This document shows positions 1-13,148 of a DNA stretch of 64,000 nt, piece by piece. The notes beneath the pieces were generated by a model, which saw only the letters and a list, made by a program, of their open reading frames with translations, searched no databases and had not been told where the DNA came from. A program made the position numbers and the translations under genes. How positions within the stretch are numbered: the first letter of the stretch is position 1; each line of letters begins with the position of its first letter. Source of the stretch: Auanema rhodensis (Eukaryota > Animalia > Nematoda); the NCBI GenBank assembly GCA_964057225.1, contig OZ059895.1:5394001-5458000 (forward strand), written 5' to 3'.

Positions 1-619
1 TATTCAAGAAGACTATAACGAGGGACTATGATTTGATGAAAATCAACTTCCAAGAATTTGCTGTTCAAATTAAGGCTTATTTAGTTCATTAAGCAGTTGA
101 AATTTGTTGTAGAAAACTAGAAACATGTATTATGTGCAGAAAATAGGGAAAGAGCGCCATCATCACGCTTAATAACTCTCGTAACAAAGATGAAACTTAA
201 TGTTTCGTATTTACGGCTGTTAGAGTTGGACAAAATGAGAGAAATGAATAGAAAAGCCTCTTTATATGTAACTTTGGAAAGTTTCTAGTTCTGCAGCATA
301 CTTTTATGTATTGTCTCTCACTAATGAATCAAGCTAACATGAAACGACATTTTACTTGGGCTGGAATAGTTTCTCAACTAAATGGGAGCAAAACTAAACT
401 TGAATAAAAATTATGTGAATAAGTTGCTCTTCAATGACACACAAGTTTAGGTTATTGCAAACAATTCACAGAATTAAACATTGATTTTCCCTTTAACACT
501 AATAATATTTATAAACAATCAACACAAACACTCAAAAAGATTTTTATTGCTTTTAAAAATATCGATTTTATAAAATATATCAGTATTTCATAACAATAAA
601 ATATATAACTGCTTTATAG

Positions 620-3600
620 GTTACCGTATTACGTGGAGCTGATGGTGGATCAAAGGGATGTGCTTTCGTTAAATATCGCAATGCAATGGATGCACAAATG
701 GCTATAACAGCTCTACATGGAAGTCAAACAATGCCTGGAGCAAGTAGTAGCTTAGTTGTTAAATATGCAGATACTGAAAAAGAAAGACAGGTTTGTTAAT
801 TACTTTTCTTTCGAAATATTTAAATATGGTCCTAATAAGAAAAATATTTGCTTGATGATTTCATTATTTGGCGCGTATCATCATCATTCTAACTATTTGT
901 CGAATAGCGTGCGGTTCTATTCTTATATGACTTCCAGCTTTCACTAAGTTTTCTCATTATTTGTATCCATTTCAGGTCCGACGAATGCAACAGATGGCAG
1001 CTCAAATGGGTTTGCTAAATCCTGTCCTTGTTAATCAAGTAGGGGCTCAATTTAATGCTTATCAGCAGGTATTTCATTTTTTGCACATTATAATTTGCTA
1101 TTTTTGGCAATAAGAGAAGATTTCGGAAGCATATAAATTCGTTGTTTGCAAGATATATTATCATGAATAGTAGAAAACACTTTGAAATTCTTAGAACATT
1201 AGCTTATTTATGAGTTGTAAATATTGTTTAATATATAAGATTAACAATAATTTAATTTTCTATTTGGCTACGAAACATTTTTGATATGCTCCGACGTATA
1301 AACAGTAAAATATTTTTTTACAGGTTTTGCAGCAACAAGCAATGGTAAATGCTGCTGCGGCCGCCCAATCTTCATTCCTACCTTTGGTTCCCAATGCTGC
1401 TGTATGTTTTTCGATTGCTTTTCCCATTACTGAAAATTATTTATTTTCATTTGGGAAATCAGTTGTATATTTTATTTTTCAGATGCAACTACAGCTACAA
1501 AGCGCTGCTGCCGCTTCGAATCCACTCTTAGCACAGCAGGCTGCCGCCGTAAGCCAGTTATCAGCCTTATCAGCAGCTAACGGCAATCCTTACCAAACTG
1601 CTGCCTTGCAAGCGCTGGCTGCGCAACAGCAACCTCCTCAACATGATTTTAGTTATTCTCGTAAGTTATAATGTATTGATGAACAGATGTTATATATGTT
1701 GTTTAGCAACTTCAAGCACTGATGGAACTACCTTAGCTCTCCCTGGATACAATATATTAACAATAGACAACCATAACAGTAAGTCTTGTATTCAAACGTT
1801 TATCTAATGTTCTCTCTTTTCTCATATATCTCTCATTCCTACTTGTTTTAATGTTAAAAATTCTCATCAATCTGCTCAGAACATGATTTCATAGGAATAT
1901 TTCATGAAATTTTTTTTTCACTTTCCGATTCCCCGTTTTTTGCCTCACACTGCTTACGTTTAATACTGTTGTTTCCACTGGTGTATATTTCCATTGACAG
2001 TGTATTCGTGAGATGATTGCGATTTACTTATTTGTTAGCATAAGTAGTCAATTTCAGCATGTTTACTGAACAAAGTAAATTTTTATATTTGACTCCCTCC
2101 CATTTCTAGATGTCTACTTTCTTCTTTTTTTTCTAACAATCTCCAGCTTTTTTTTGGTAAATATATCTGTCTTTAGTTTTGAATGTTCTAGCTTTTACTG
2201 TGAGATACAGCCTCAATTTTGCTATCTGCACTTTCTCTTACTATTATATAATCACACCTTTTGGCCGTTTGTCTGTCTGATTGAAAATCGTGTTGTCGTC
2301 TGTTTGATTATCGTGGTGTTTAGATGCTGCAGCTCTTCAACAGTTAGTCCAGCTCCAACAACAAGCAACTTCAATGCCGTTGGTGCAGCCGAAAGAGGGT
2401 TAGTTCACTTCTTCATCTACTTCCCTTCTCTAACATCTTTCTAAAATGCTATTTAAAGTACCCCAATAATAGGATATATTAAAATTTGTTATATTTTGTC
2501 ATATTTTGTTGTTTTGTGGCTGTTAATTGAGATAGTCTTTGTGGCTTACAGTCAGTTTTTGAGCATTCACTCACTACCATGTCTAGCTGAACAAGCTTTT
2601 AGAACTAATTAAGAGGTTAGAAGGTTTTGACTGGCTTTCAATCGTGTTATTTTACCCATTTTTTTGTCTAACTTACATTCCTTGTTCAGTATTGACAAAG
2701 AAAAGCCATTCATTCTTTTTTTTCGTGGTGATTGGTACTTTTCGAGTTTTGTGATGCCGTAAGAAAACAACGAAAATTGGTTTCTAACTTTGTAAAACCC
2801 AAAAAAATATCTATAGTATAGTTATAGTCAGTCAGTCATTTGTTAATTGTACAGTATTCGATATTAGCCCGCGAGCCTGAATCCTATCCTTTCCTTTACG
2901 TAAAAGTACTTTCGATTAAGATATCATTATAGCCAGAGATTTGTTGAAAAAACATTTGAACCTTCGTTCTCTATTTCTTCTGAATGAAAAAGAAGACTGT
3001 AAAATTATATTCAAAACAAACAGTTTTCTTATGAAGAGATATTTTTTTTGATTAAAATAACTGGCCATAATGAATTTCGTTCATCTATATATCATGCTCA
3101 ACGTTTTTATTTATGCCACTTAGTAGGGTGTTAGTTATGTGCTTATTCTGTTGTGGTGTTCAGTGCTGGGTCCGGACGGCTGTAACCTGTTCATCTACCA
3201 TCTTCCGCAAGAATTCGGCGACGCCGAATTGGTTCAAATGTTTTCTCCCTTCGGGAACGTTATCTCAGCGAAGGTCTTCGTGGATCGAGCAACAAATCAG
3301 AGCAAGTGTTTCGGTGGGTGCTGTCGCCAATTTGTGTTTGTAAACTTTTTCTCATTTTGTTACGAAATAATCGATATAATCTTGAGTTACAAGTCATGTC
3401 GCACAGTAATTTTATGAATTGTGATTTTGGATGAGTCGCTGCAGCACGTCAAAGACTTTTTGGATAATTTCCGTTTTTCTTTGATTTGTGGCGATTCGTA
3501 AGTGAGTGTAGAGCTTAAAGAAAGCTTATCCCTATCGTTAAAATTCAATATAGCGCTTATTAGTAAAAACAAATTATATTTCTCTCTCCCTCCTTCACTC

Positions 3601-3903
3601 TTTGTGCTTTGTGGTAGTGTTCTCAATATAGTTCAATGAATTTCTTGATATATGAATGATAAATAGTCATAACCAAAGCCGGAGTTGAAGCAGAGGGAGA
3701 CTAAACGTCGTCTGACTGTTGCATAGTCTACAGCTGGCGCTCCTGTTATTGCAAATGGTGCACGCTTGTGTTTTCCAGGTTTCGTGTCCTACGACTCTGC
3801 AGCCGCTTCCCAAGCAGCAATCAACGCCATGAACGGATTTCAAATAGGAATGAAGCGTTTGAAAGTTCAATTGAAGCGTCCTCGCCAGGAGAGGCCATAC
3901 TAA
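620..3903 (+). CDS. unc-75: CELF3-6 family RNA-binding protein UNC-75, 3' part (5' exons lie before the window)
   Basis: Hand-spliced exons at about 620-790, 976-1068, 1324-1401, 1483-1660, 1707-1778, 2324-2398, 3164-3313 and 3779-3903. They encode RRM2 ([19 protein letters not shown]...[25 protein letters not shown]), a Q/A-rich linker and RRM3 ([21 protein letters not shown]...KCFGFVSYD...[24 protein letters not shown]). AATAAA at 4636-4641. Confidence 0.95.
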
Positions 3904-5042
3904 TTGCATGATTATGTACACAATTAGAAGAAACCTTTTGGTTTTGCATTTTCCATCTAATCATGTGTCGCCTTGTCAGATGCTATATATGTTCTAAAAA
4001 ATTTTCGTGAAATTTCCATTCCTGAGACAGATCTCCATTTTAATTTTTCATCTCATTTAATCTCATCAAAACTTTTGTTGCCGTCTTGCCTTCAGAATAT
4101 TTGACGTAATTTTTGTATCTTTAACACTTTGTTTCGTTACATTGTTTTCTGGTTGTCATGTGTTATTGTCGTAAGTTCTTTTCTTATAATATATTTCAGA
4201 GGATATATTTCGAAAGAAGCCCGCATACCCAATTCGACCACATTTCTAGCTTAACCAAACCACTGATATAAGATTTCACTTCTCCCGGTTTACATTCCAG
4301 TTTGATCCTTCTTGTACATTACATTCCCGAAAATATGAACTCTTGGGCTGTCAGCTAAGATTAGCTGTATTGATCTCACTTCATCTGCCTACATATATTG
4401 TAGGCATGATTTCTCATTAATGTTATCCGCCAACATGACCCCTTGCATATTTTAATCAATTTAACTAGTCCCATTCTAGTCTTTTGTTGTTCACAATTTT
4501 TGTATAATTGATTCAAAATGGCTTCAGTGATCTCAAGTGTACAGTTTTTTTCATATATTTTATTTTATTATTTATTCGATATTTACTTTGTCTAAATATA
4601 TTATTTTGATCATTTATAGAACTTTTCCAAATATGAATAAATGCTCAATACTTTTAACTTTACTTGTTATTTTTAAATAATAGAAAGGTAGCACACTCCG
4701 AGATACATAGTAGTTAAACAATATTTAAAAAAATGTTTGGCATTATTCCAGAAAAAAATCCATAATCGGGATTTATTCAGAACAATTCTATTTTTGGGTT
4801 ATTTTGAATGGATATTCAAAACGAAATTTAGCGCTCTTTTCGTGTTTATTTTTAGATATAATAATTAGTTCTCTAATGGAATATATACAATAATCACGAG
4901 TTAGAATATTTTACTTAGTAGATTTCGTCATCAATTATGTAAATTTCGCGTGTGAAAATCTTATTTTCTCATTTTAATTTTTGAGTGGGACTGTGCGGTC
5001 GGTCTTGAGGAGATTTTCTTTAACCAAAATATTTATTCCAAC

Positions 5043-5576
5043 ATGAGTTTAAATTTCACTCGGTTATGTAAGTTTTTTCTCAAGTCACAAGTATAGCTTC
5101 CATTCAGTTAATCGTCGTCGACATGCTGATGCAAATTTATCAGATTTAACAGAAATTAAAAAAAGAAAAGTTGTGTAAGGGGTTTTAAAAATACGTTGCT
5201 TGCCACAAATCCTTTTTTAGACAAGACACCCAAAGTTTTGAAAATTCTAATAATCCCGTGTTAAATGACAGCGGAATTGAGATTTCTCCCCAAAAGTTGA
5301 ATGTTCATGATGTAGAAATGGTTGGCTATTCTAATTTATTCTAAAGTCTTTTATTGTTATAGACTGATAATATACTAACATCGGCTGCCAATCCGTCTAC
5401 AGTTGAAGGCCAGTGTAATATGGTTACTTTCTATTGGTTTTGATATATCTTCTATAATATTTGTTTAGATCCAAGTTTTCCCCCCTGTCCACCATCACAA
5501 CATTCTAGCTTATACTGAAGTTCCAAGTTATGGATATTGTAATGTTCGAGATTATAATTTCTACAATCAATACTAA
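5043..5576 (+). CDS. Small uncharacterised protein (~110 aa) with a basic NLS-like KKRK and a DSGIEISP motif
   Basis: Five short exons joined by ~45-50 nt GT-AG introns keep an open frame (MSLNFTRLFNRRRHADANLSDLTEIKKRKVVQDTQ...NDSGIEISPQK...YNQY*). The start codon and its independence from the downstream RING gene are uncertain. Confidence 0.55.
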
Positions 5577-5744
5577 TTTGTACAACAGTTTTAATCAGTT
5601 TTACCCATAATTTTTAAACTACCTGTTCATAAACCTTTTTTCTTATTGCTACCCTTTTCTCTAAGTTCCGTGGGTTGACCATTTATTACCTTACGTTTAA
5701 ATTTATCGATTTATTTATTTTTTTATTAGATTTAGAAGCTTCCA

Positions 5745-7446
5745 ATGAGTTTAGAATGTAGTATTTGCTTTGAACCATTCGCTTTTACGGAAACTATTCC
5801 TTGTGTAAGTAGCTTTTGTTATATAACAAAATCAAGTTTATTGTCTTCAGATAACAAGCTGCTCACATGTGTATTGTGAAAGGTGCTGTACAGTGATGTT
5901 CATGAGCGGCGGTAAAAACTCTTGTCCATTCTGCAGGTGTGCTCTTGATATGTGGCTAGCCGGAACGACATTATTTTAGGGTTAAAGTTTCTGGATTTGA
6001 CTATGATCCCAAAACTTTGAAAGGTAATTTAACATCCACTTTTAAACTTTTTCATTATTTAGATGTGTACGAGAGCCAGTTGGAGATAGAAGGTAGTTCT
6101 CAAACTGATGCCTGCTGCTCGTCATGCGTTCAGAGCTTAAATTGGTAATTTTAGAAATTGCATTCAAAATAATTTTATTTTTCAGTTTTGCCAATGGATT
6201 CATCTGCGTTTCCTGTAATGTAGCTCATCTCGAGGAATGTGTAAGAGATGTCAGGTCGATAAAAAAAGTTTGTGATTGAATATTAATATAAAAATAGTAG
6301 TGTTAAGATTTTATTATGCCATGATTGCTTAGGTGTCAATCATTCCAGCTGCCTTGTGGAATCCAGCGTCCCATTCTTCTGTATGAAAGTATATTATTAG
6401 TTTGAGCAGTTTATGCATTTCAGGTAGAAATAACGACTTAGTGTTTGGCAGAATTATTATTGCTTCTATTCCAGAATCTCATCGCTGTTTACATGTATGT
6501 TTGTGATTTTTTTCTAAAGAATATTTTAGTGGTTTAGGGGATTGTAACTATAATTTTGTTACTGTGCCTCCTGAGCAAGTCAGATATGAACTTTAGTTCA
6601 AAATCTCTTCTTTTTACATTGAAAATTTTTTGGGTGAGTTAGTAATGTGTATGCAGTAATACATTTTTGTTTACAGAAGAGGTTTGTGGACGTCTCGGAT
6701 AAATCATCTTTATCGTTTTATTTTTACAATGAATTTCAAGTACTGCTGTCAAGAGTGCTAGGAATCCTAAAAGTAATTTTCATTTTATTTTGTGCATTAA
6801 TGCTTAGCTTCAGTTTGACATTGAGTCACTTAAAGAATTTGTCAATTATTTATACAGCATGTTAAAGGCTTTTGAAAGCCAAAATATAGATGACGGGTTC
6901 ATGGGCACGATTTACAGGCATTTGTTTTCGTCGGTAGTTATTCATTTTTGCATATCATATCTCGAACTTTAGGTTCTCGAAAAAACTTTTTTAAAGGTTC
7001 AAGTGCTTGATGAAATCAGATTTTCCCACGGAAGGCTACTTATTGTTAGTTGTATACCTATAATGTTTATTTGAAAAATAATTTAAGATCCGGAAGCTGA
7101 TTCAGCTTTTTTCACCATTTAAAGCTGACGCTCATGCCAAGCAAGGGCTCTGCAAGGTGTTAAAAGCGGAAGTATGATTCCTCTATATTTTCGTTAATGT
7201 AAATCTCATTTTAAGATTCAACTGTTACAGTTTTATCTGCGTGAACACCACGGTTCCAGTGAGGCGATGCAATACGAAAATTTTATTCGAAGACAGATTA
7301 TCGTAGGCTAATTTCTATGAAATTTTGGAATGTTTTATTTGCAGGAGTATTGCATGAATGAGAATCCCAATGTAGCCACTTCGAACTCAAGGGAGTTAAA
7401 GAGATTGTGTGATGGCATTTTTGAAGTGTTAAATGTAAAAATTTGA
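5745..7446 (+). CDS. RING-HC plus B-box-like (TRIM-like) E3 ubiquitin ligase
   Basis: Spliced translation MSLECSICFEPFAFTETIPCITSCSHVYCERCCTVMFMSGGKNSCPFCR is a C3HC4 RING. It is followed by CSSC...FICVSC...LLCHDCLGVNHSSC (B-box-like) and helical C-terminal exons ending at TGA 7444-7446. Some internal junctions are approximate. Confidence 0.75.
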
Positions 7447-7740
7447 TGTAGAATTGTTTACTTTAACGGTGCTGCTTCACAATAATTTTTAAAAATCTAT
7501 TTTTATATTGTACAATGAAATATTTTATCAATAAGTGCTTCTTATTTAAAATATAATTTTTCTGGTTTAGAATGGTCAAATTATGTAGTTGACAGGGCAC
7601 TGTCAGTGACTTGACTATCAGAAGGGGACCGTGGTCTATATGACCACGCCTCTACGAAGGCGGCGAGCGGCACTTTGGCCCCTCCCCCTACATATTCTGA
7701 CGCTGATTGTTGTTCCCGTTGGCACTTCAGACAGCCGATC

Positions 7741-10700
7741 ATGCACGGTAAACTCACTATTCTGTTCCTTCTGGCCGTTCCAGCTTTGGTAGTCTTAGCA
7801 CAAGACCAACCGGTGTGCTCTTTCAATCAACTCTTTAATGGACAAATTTGTACCTGTGCTCCTGGGTGAGTTATAGCTACATGTTTATTGCGTTTTATAC
7901 AATTATTATAAATTTTCAACTTAACGTTTCGATGTTTCGTAATGTTTGTGATTTTGACTTCGGTGTGATAGTTATGTTTATCTTAAGCGTTAAACAGAAC
8001 TACCTGTAAACGCCTTACGGTCAATATACGCCATTTCCCCCGTCAAGGACATTTTCTTTATAAGGAATACAAGAGGAAGGATGGGAGAGAGAAAGAAATA
8101 TTCGTTTTGATGGCCGTTACTATACGTTTTTTTATAATTGAAACATTTATTTTAAAAGTAATATATAATTCTAAAAAATAATGTACAACACCAGTTTGGT
8201 ACGGGAAGGCGAATATTTTATTTATTAAAGCATCGGAAAACAAATACATTTACAACGCCGCACTATAGCTATTAACACTCATTAATCATTAATCATTAAC
8301 TATTATGATTTATATGATCTTTCCATTTTTTTGGTTACTTTATCATGTGAATGGTTCAGCTTTTGCTTTCATGCGTCTTCTTGTTGATCTCTGCGTCTAG
8401 ATGTGTTCGTTCAAACTTACATGACAGTGCTATATTTGCGATTGTAAACAGTTTTCTTGTGTGAATATTCAGAATCTCTATGATGTGAATCTATTTGAAG
8501 ATATAGGTTCTGGTTAGAAGGGTGTGATGAGAGTAAAAGAATAGAAAATCCTTGTTCGCTTCATACCAGAAAATCTAGCGAAGTGGATGAAACTAATCAT
8601 GCAGAGAGGAGCGGCGTGATACGTATTCTGAAACATATACGTTAGGAAATGAGGGGGACTGTTAGACTTCTGGAGAAACCCAGCTGAAACATCTTACGAA
8701 TATGTGCTGTCTCAGACATTGAATTCATTGTCTTATACCGAGGGACAACCATCGTTCTGATCGAGAAAAACTAGTTTATATTCGTGGTAGTTATCGAATT
8801 CATTTTGATGATTTTGTATGATTTTCAAAGCTACACGTTTAGAAGAAGACATTGTGTCCTCATGACCTTATAGCGAAGCACTCATTAGTGATGTTGCTCC
8901 ATAGTTCCAACTTATTTATTTTCATCTTCATTAGCATTCTTGTTTAATAGTTTTTCGAAACACCCTCTCTTTACGATGCCATATGAAACATAGATTTATC
9001 TACAATAGAAAAAGCATGACGTGTTTTTAATTATGTAACGCTTTTTGAAAAATAATTTCGAGAAAAAAAATGTCTTGAAAACCAGAAAACCTGTTTTGGC
9101 TTTATTCAAGCGTGTTCAGTTGACGACCGTTCAGGATGAAAACGATCAGGGGCTGATAGGGCGACAAGGGGTTCACAAGGTACATTCTTCAGTACGAGTG
9201 TATGTGTCATAAACAAATGAAATTTGTTTTGAATGTAATACTAATATTAAGATGTAAAAGTAGTATAGGAAAACAAATACAGATTATCATTGATTAATTG
9301 AGCTCTATATTCCAGATACTTCTCCTCTGCCAATGACGAATCCAAAACTCGTTGCGAAGACGAATGTGAAGAGGTTTGTAGATGAGATTTAGATTCATAT
9401 AACCATTTCCTTCAATTGAAAATCTTGTTCACAGGTACTTTATTTCTTCTTGTAGGTGTATTCTACTTTCTTCACCTATGGTGAATGCGTAAGAAATATC
9501 TTTGGAAAATTGCCAGCTGACCAACAACCAGCATGTAACATGCGTTGCGGTGTAAGTATAAACTTTACTTTATAATTTGAAGCTCATAAACTTTTTCTGA
9601 ATCAACTGGTATTTTAGATGAGAATTCGACCATGGGCTTCCATTGGAATCTTCACTGTATTCGCTGCTGCTGTTGCTACCCTTGTACTCACTTTGCCCAT
9701 GTGTGTTGCTACTTGCTGCTCATGCTTACACGCCAAGAAGGTTAGTTACAGTTTTTTCTTATATATTTTCATTTTTTCCTCGTCATATTACTTGGCTTCG
9801 TTTGCACGATATCTAATCAAATTTACGTCCACTTGAACCATAGCAATCAATCTAACTGAACCTTTCGTTGAGTTGTCCCTGACGTGAAACATCGAATATT
9901 GCATACCATTCAGTACGATGGATGCGATGCCCTTCCCTACAGTCATTCAGAATCCAAGATGATCGATTATCTGCGACAAATTCATTCGTCTTTTCATATT
10001 GTGATTATTGCTTTAACGAAAAGTCTGTTAAATTCAGCTTTCCAATGTAGTTTTTTGCAGTGAAAAGGGTGAAGGACGATAGATTGCCAACCGCAAACAA
10101 TCCTTCAGCTCCTATGCTACCACTATCTAGCGAAGCTGGAAAATAACTGGTCTATGTACTGCGAATTCATAATGTCAAAGCAAGAGACATAGTAGTAGAG
10201 AGAAAGGAAACCGCGATGTTACTCTTAGGCACTAGTTTGCATCATCAACATCAACATCATCATCATCATCATCATCATCCCGCTACTTTATATTGCCAAC
10301 AACGTAGGGCCGGAAATCCTCTGCGAATTTGGCCGATTTCACAAAGCTGTGTGCCGATTTTTGAGTTTTCCAAATGATGCTTATTCACGAGATAATGGCA
10401 AATTATGAGAGAGGGCAGGTAGAGAGTGAGAGGACAATAGAAATGAGATAACTGTACATACGTCAAAATTTTGGGGTTTAGTCTGGTTTTGCTCGCCTCT
10501 CTCGATGATTTAAATGTCAGATTAATTGGATAGGTTGGAATAGTTGATAGGACACCCAATATACTTATCTGATTGTCTGTCAGAATTCGATAAATGACGG
10601 TCCTCTCTCTGTATCTCTCATTTCAACTTCTTATTATGGCATTCGAGAATTTATCAACAACGAATATTGGTCGATTCGATTCCTGAGAAAGACATCGTTC

Positions 10701-12309
10701 AAACCGTTTAGTTCATCGCTTTTTTCGTCGCTAATTTCTCTCACCTACTATCTTCATTCTCTCTCGTTCTTGTACTCGATCACTGACTGTCTTTTGAACC
10801 AAAATAAGACATAATCAGCAATTGAGCTGTCAACATCATATCACGAAATTCGAGAATCAGATGAAACGATAATGAGAGAGATTGTACACTACGGGAAATT
10901 TCATTTATGTGATAGAGTAAAGATTCAGCAAAAGCAACAACCTTACTAGAGAGATGCATCTTCCATACGAGGAAACTAGGCCAAGTAGTATGACCATCTA
11001 TCACAATATCACTTTGTTTATTCGTAGCCTCATTCTCAAATTTCTTCTTCCTTTCCTCTTATCATTGAAGTCTTCTTTTCTCTCATTCTTTCTCTCATTA
11101 CCCTCTGATCTTTCTAATATTCTGAAGAGAGAATAAGAGATGGCTCCGCTACGTTCAACATCGTCTTGGTTGTCAGAAGACAACGTATGATGGCGACGAC
11201 GACCTTAGAAATACCGAGTGAATGTTACAGTTCATCTTTATTGCAACCCAACTCCGACACTCCCTTTAAATTATGTTTACGATCTGGATCGATAACTATC
11301 CTCTGATTTGATCATCTCTTCCTATCTCTAATTCTCTAATTCTCTTATATTTTCCATATCTCTTTTCCTTAGTCTCTTTCCCTCGATATGTTTATGTCCT
11401 AGTTCATCATTCACTATAATCATCGTAACTCCAAATAATACGGCAAAACAACTACCATATCTAACAACCGCCTCTGGCAAATCGGTGTGCTACAGATAGT
11501 CGTTATGTCTCTGTGAAAGCTCCAAGATAATTTAGAAGAAGTACGAGAGTAAGTAAGCCTTAGGCACCAACGTTAACTTCATCTCGTCTATTTCTTTACT
11601 TGTTTTCATTGGTACTGATTACGATGACATAATTGTAGACGTCCCATTTAGTTTTCAGCAAACAGTAGGCTAATAAACAGTAAAATAATGGAAATTAGTT
11701 AGACTACTGCTTCTCCTTTTCTTATACTCGTCCTGCCTCTGTTGATAGTTGTTTGTAGTAACCGTTCGATGTCTGGCACTCGATGATAATGACAATTGAA
11801 TTAAAGGGAAACATGCTAACATAGAAATAGGGGAGAATTGAAGAGAATGGTAACTACCACAAAAAGAAGAAATTAGTGATAGTTTAAGACAAAAGGAACC
11901 GGAAGCTCCTTTAGCTGGTCATACTTGTCTCTTCTACCGTCTGCACTGTGTCCGAAATCAAGCGCTACGCTCTGTTGATGAAGATGATGACTGCAAAGTG
12001 ATGATGCTTTGCGATGGCAACTTTAAAGGGAACAAACATGTTCTTATATCTAGTTCAAAAACGTTGAAAGAAACAAGTGACTTCTTGAAACATTTGCCAC
12101 TTTTATTCCTCTTTAAAATCCTCCCTCTCTCTTTCTTTTTCTCTTACTAGTCTAAGAAATGCGATTTTCTAAAAAAAAAATTTCAGGCCAACAAGAATGC
12201 AAAGAGAGTTGCTATTGAAAACCAGGCTACTGCTGCTAGCAAGGACCAACAGGTAGCTACCATGAGCTACAATCCATACGCCTACTGGCCATACTACGGA
12301 AGAGCTTAG
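7741..12309 (+). CDS. Small cysteine-rich type I membrane protein (~175 aa), function unknown
   Basis: Exons 7741-7865, 9316-9373, 9456-9551, 9618-9740 and 12187-12309. Signal peptide MHGKLTILFLLAVPALVVLA; Cys-rich ectodomain (CSF..CTCAPG..CEDECEE..C..CNMRC); TM helix followed by CVATCCSC; tail ending YNPYAYWPYYGRA*. Confidence 0.85.
10240..10278. repeat. (CAT)n microsatellite in an intron
   Basis: catcatcaacatcaacatcatcatcatcatcatcatcat. Confidence 0.8.
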
Positions 12310-13148
12310 ACTCACCTTAGTAGCTCAATCAGCTTATTATGGATTTGTAGTCCGTACGCTAGTTCTCGGGTATCAGCCAATATGTTCAGCTGTAACAGCC
12401 TTTCCACTCCTCTCTAATCCTGCCAAAGCTCAGGCCAAAATCATGCCAAACGCATTTGTCCTTCCTTTTTTCTAATGTTTTTACAATTTTATTGTATTGT
12501 AATAAATTTAACAATAAAGTTTGCTAATATCGATAACGTGTTTGACAAAACAAGCAGAAAAAACAAATAAACAACAACCTATGATAGTCGTCAGCATTAC
12601 TCCGTTTTTATCGTTTCCGTATATTACGTTATAACTCTGAAGGTCAATTTGGTATCCATGAATAGAACTTTTTATATCTTTCAAAGTCATCCTCTTGTAC
12701 ACGAACAAGTTTCTATATAGAGCGTAAAAGCAACGCCTTTTAATATAGTCCTGGAACAGCTGGGATGTAATAATTCTTGATATAGAGGAGAAAAAAATAT
12801 TTTTACATGATTATAGTTTTATGATTTCACCACTTTGTTACTTAAAAGGCAACAAAAACTTCTAACTCTATGTGTGATTCTATTATACGGCTTTTTAAAT
12901 TGATTGCCCAATGTGCCGTCTCAAATTTCTAAATGCCCTCCAAATGTCAGGTTTTCAAATATTTGTATTGTATTAGTGCGTTAAAAAAGAGGAGAAAATA
13001 AACTCAAGTACTTTATTAGAATGAAATGTTAAAACAAAAATGAAGACATAACAATAACAATTCAAAAGAATTTCAACTATCAACAACATTAACCAGCTTG
13101 TTCCTAAATATGGTTGTTTAGGGCCGTAAACAAAACTACTAATCAACA

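Noticed and set aside
11557-11565. GCCTTAGGC and other isolated TTAGGC hexamers as telomere-addition or DNA-elimination sites
   Set aside because: Single hexamers at chance frequency, with no telomeric arrays or extended palindromic motif that I can support.
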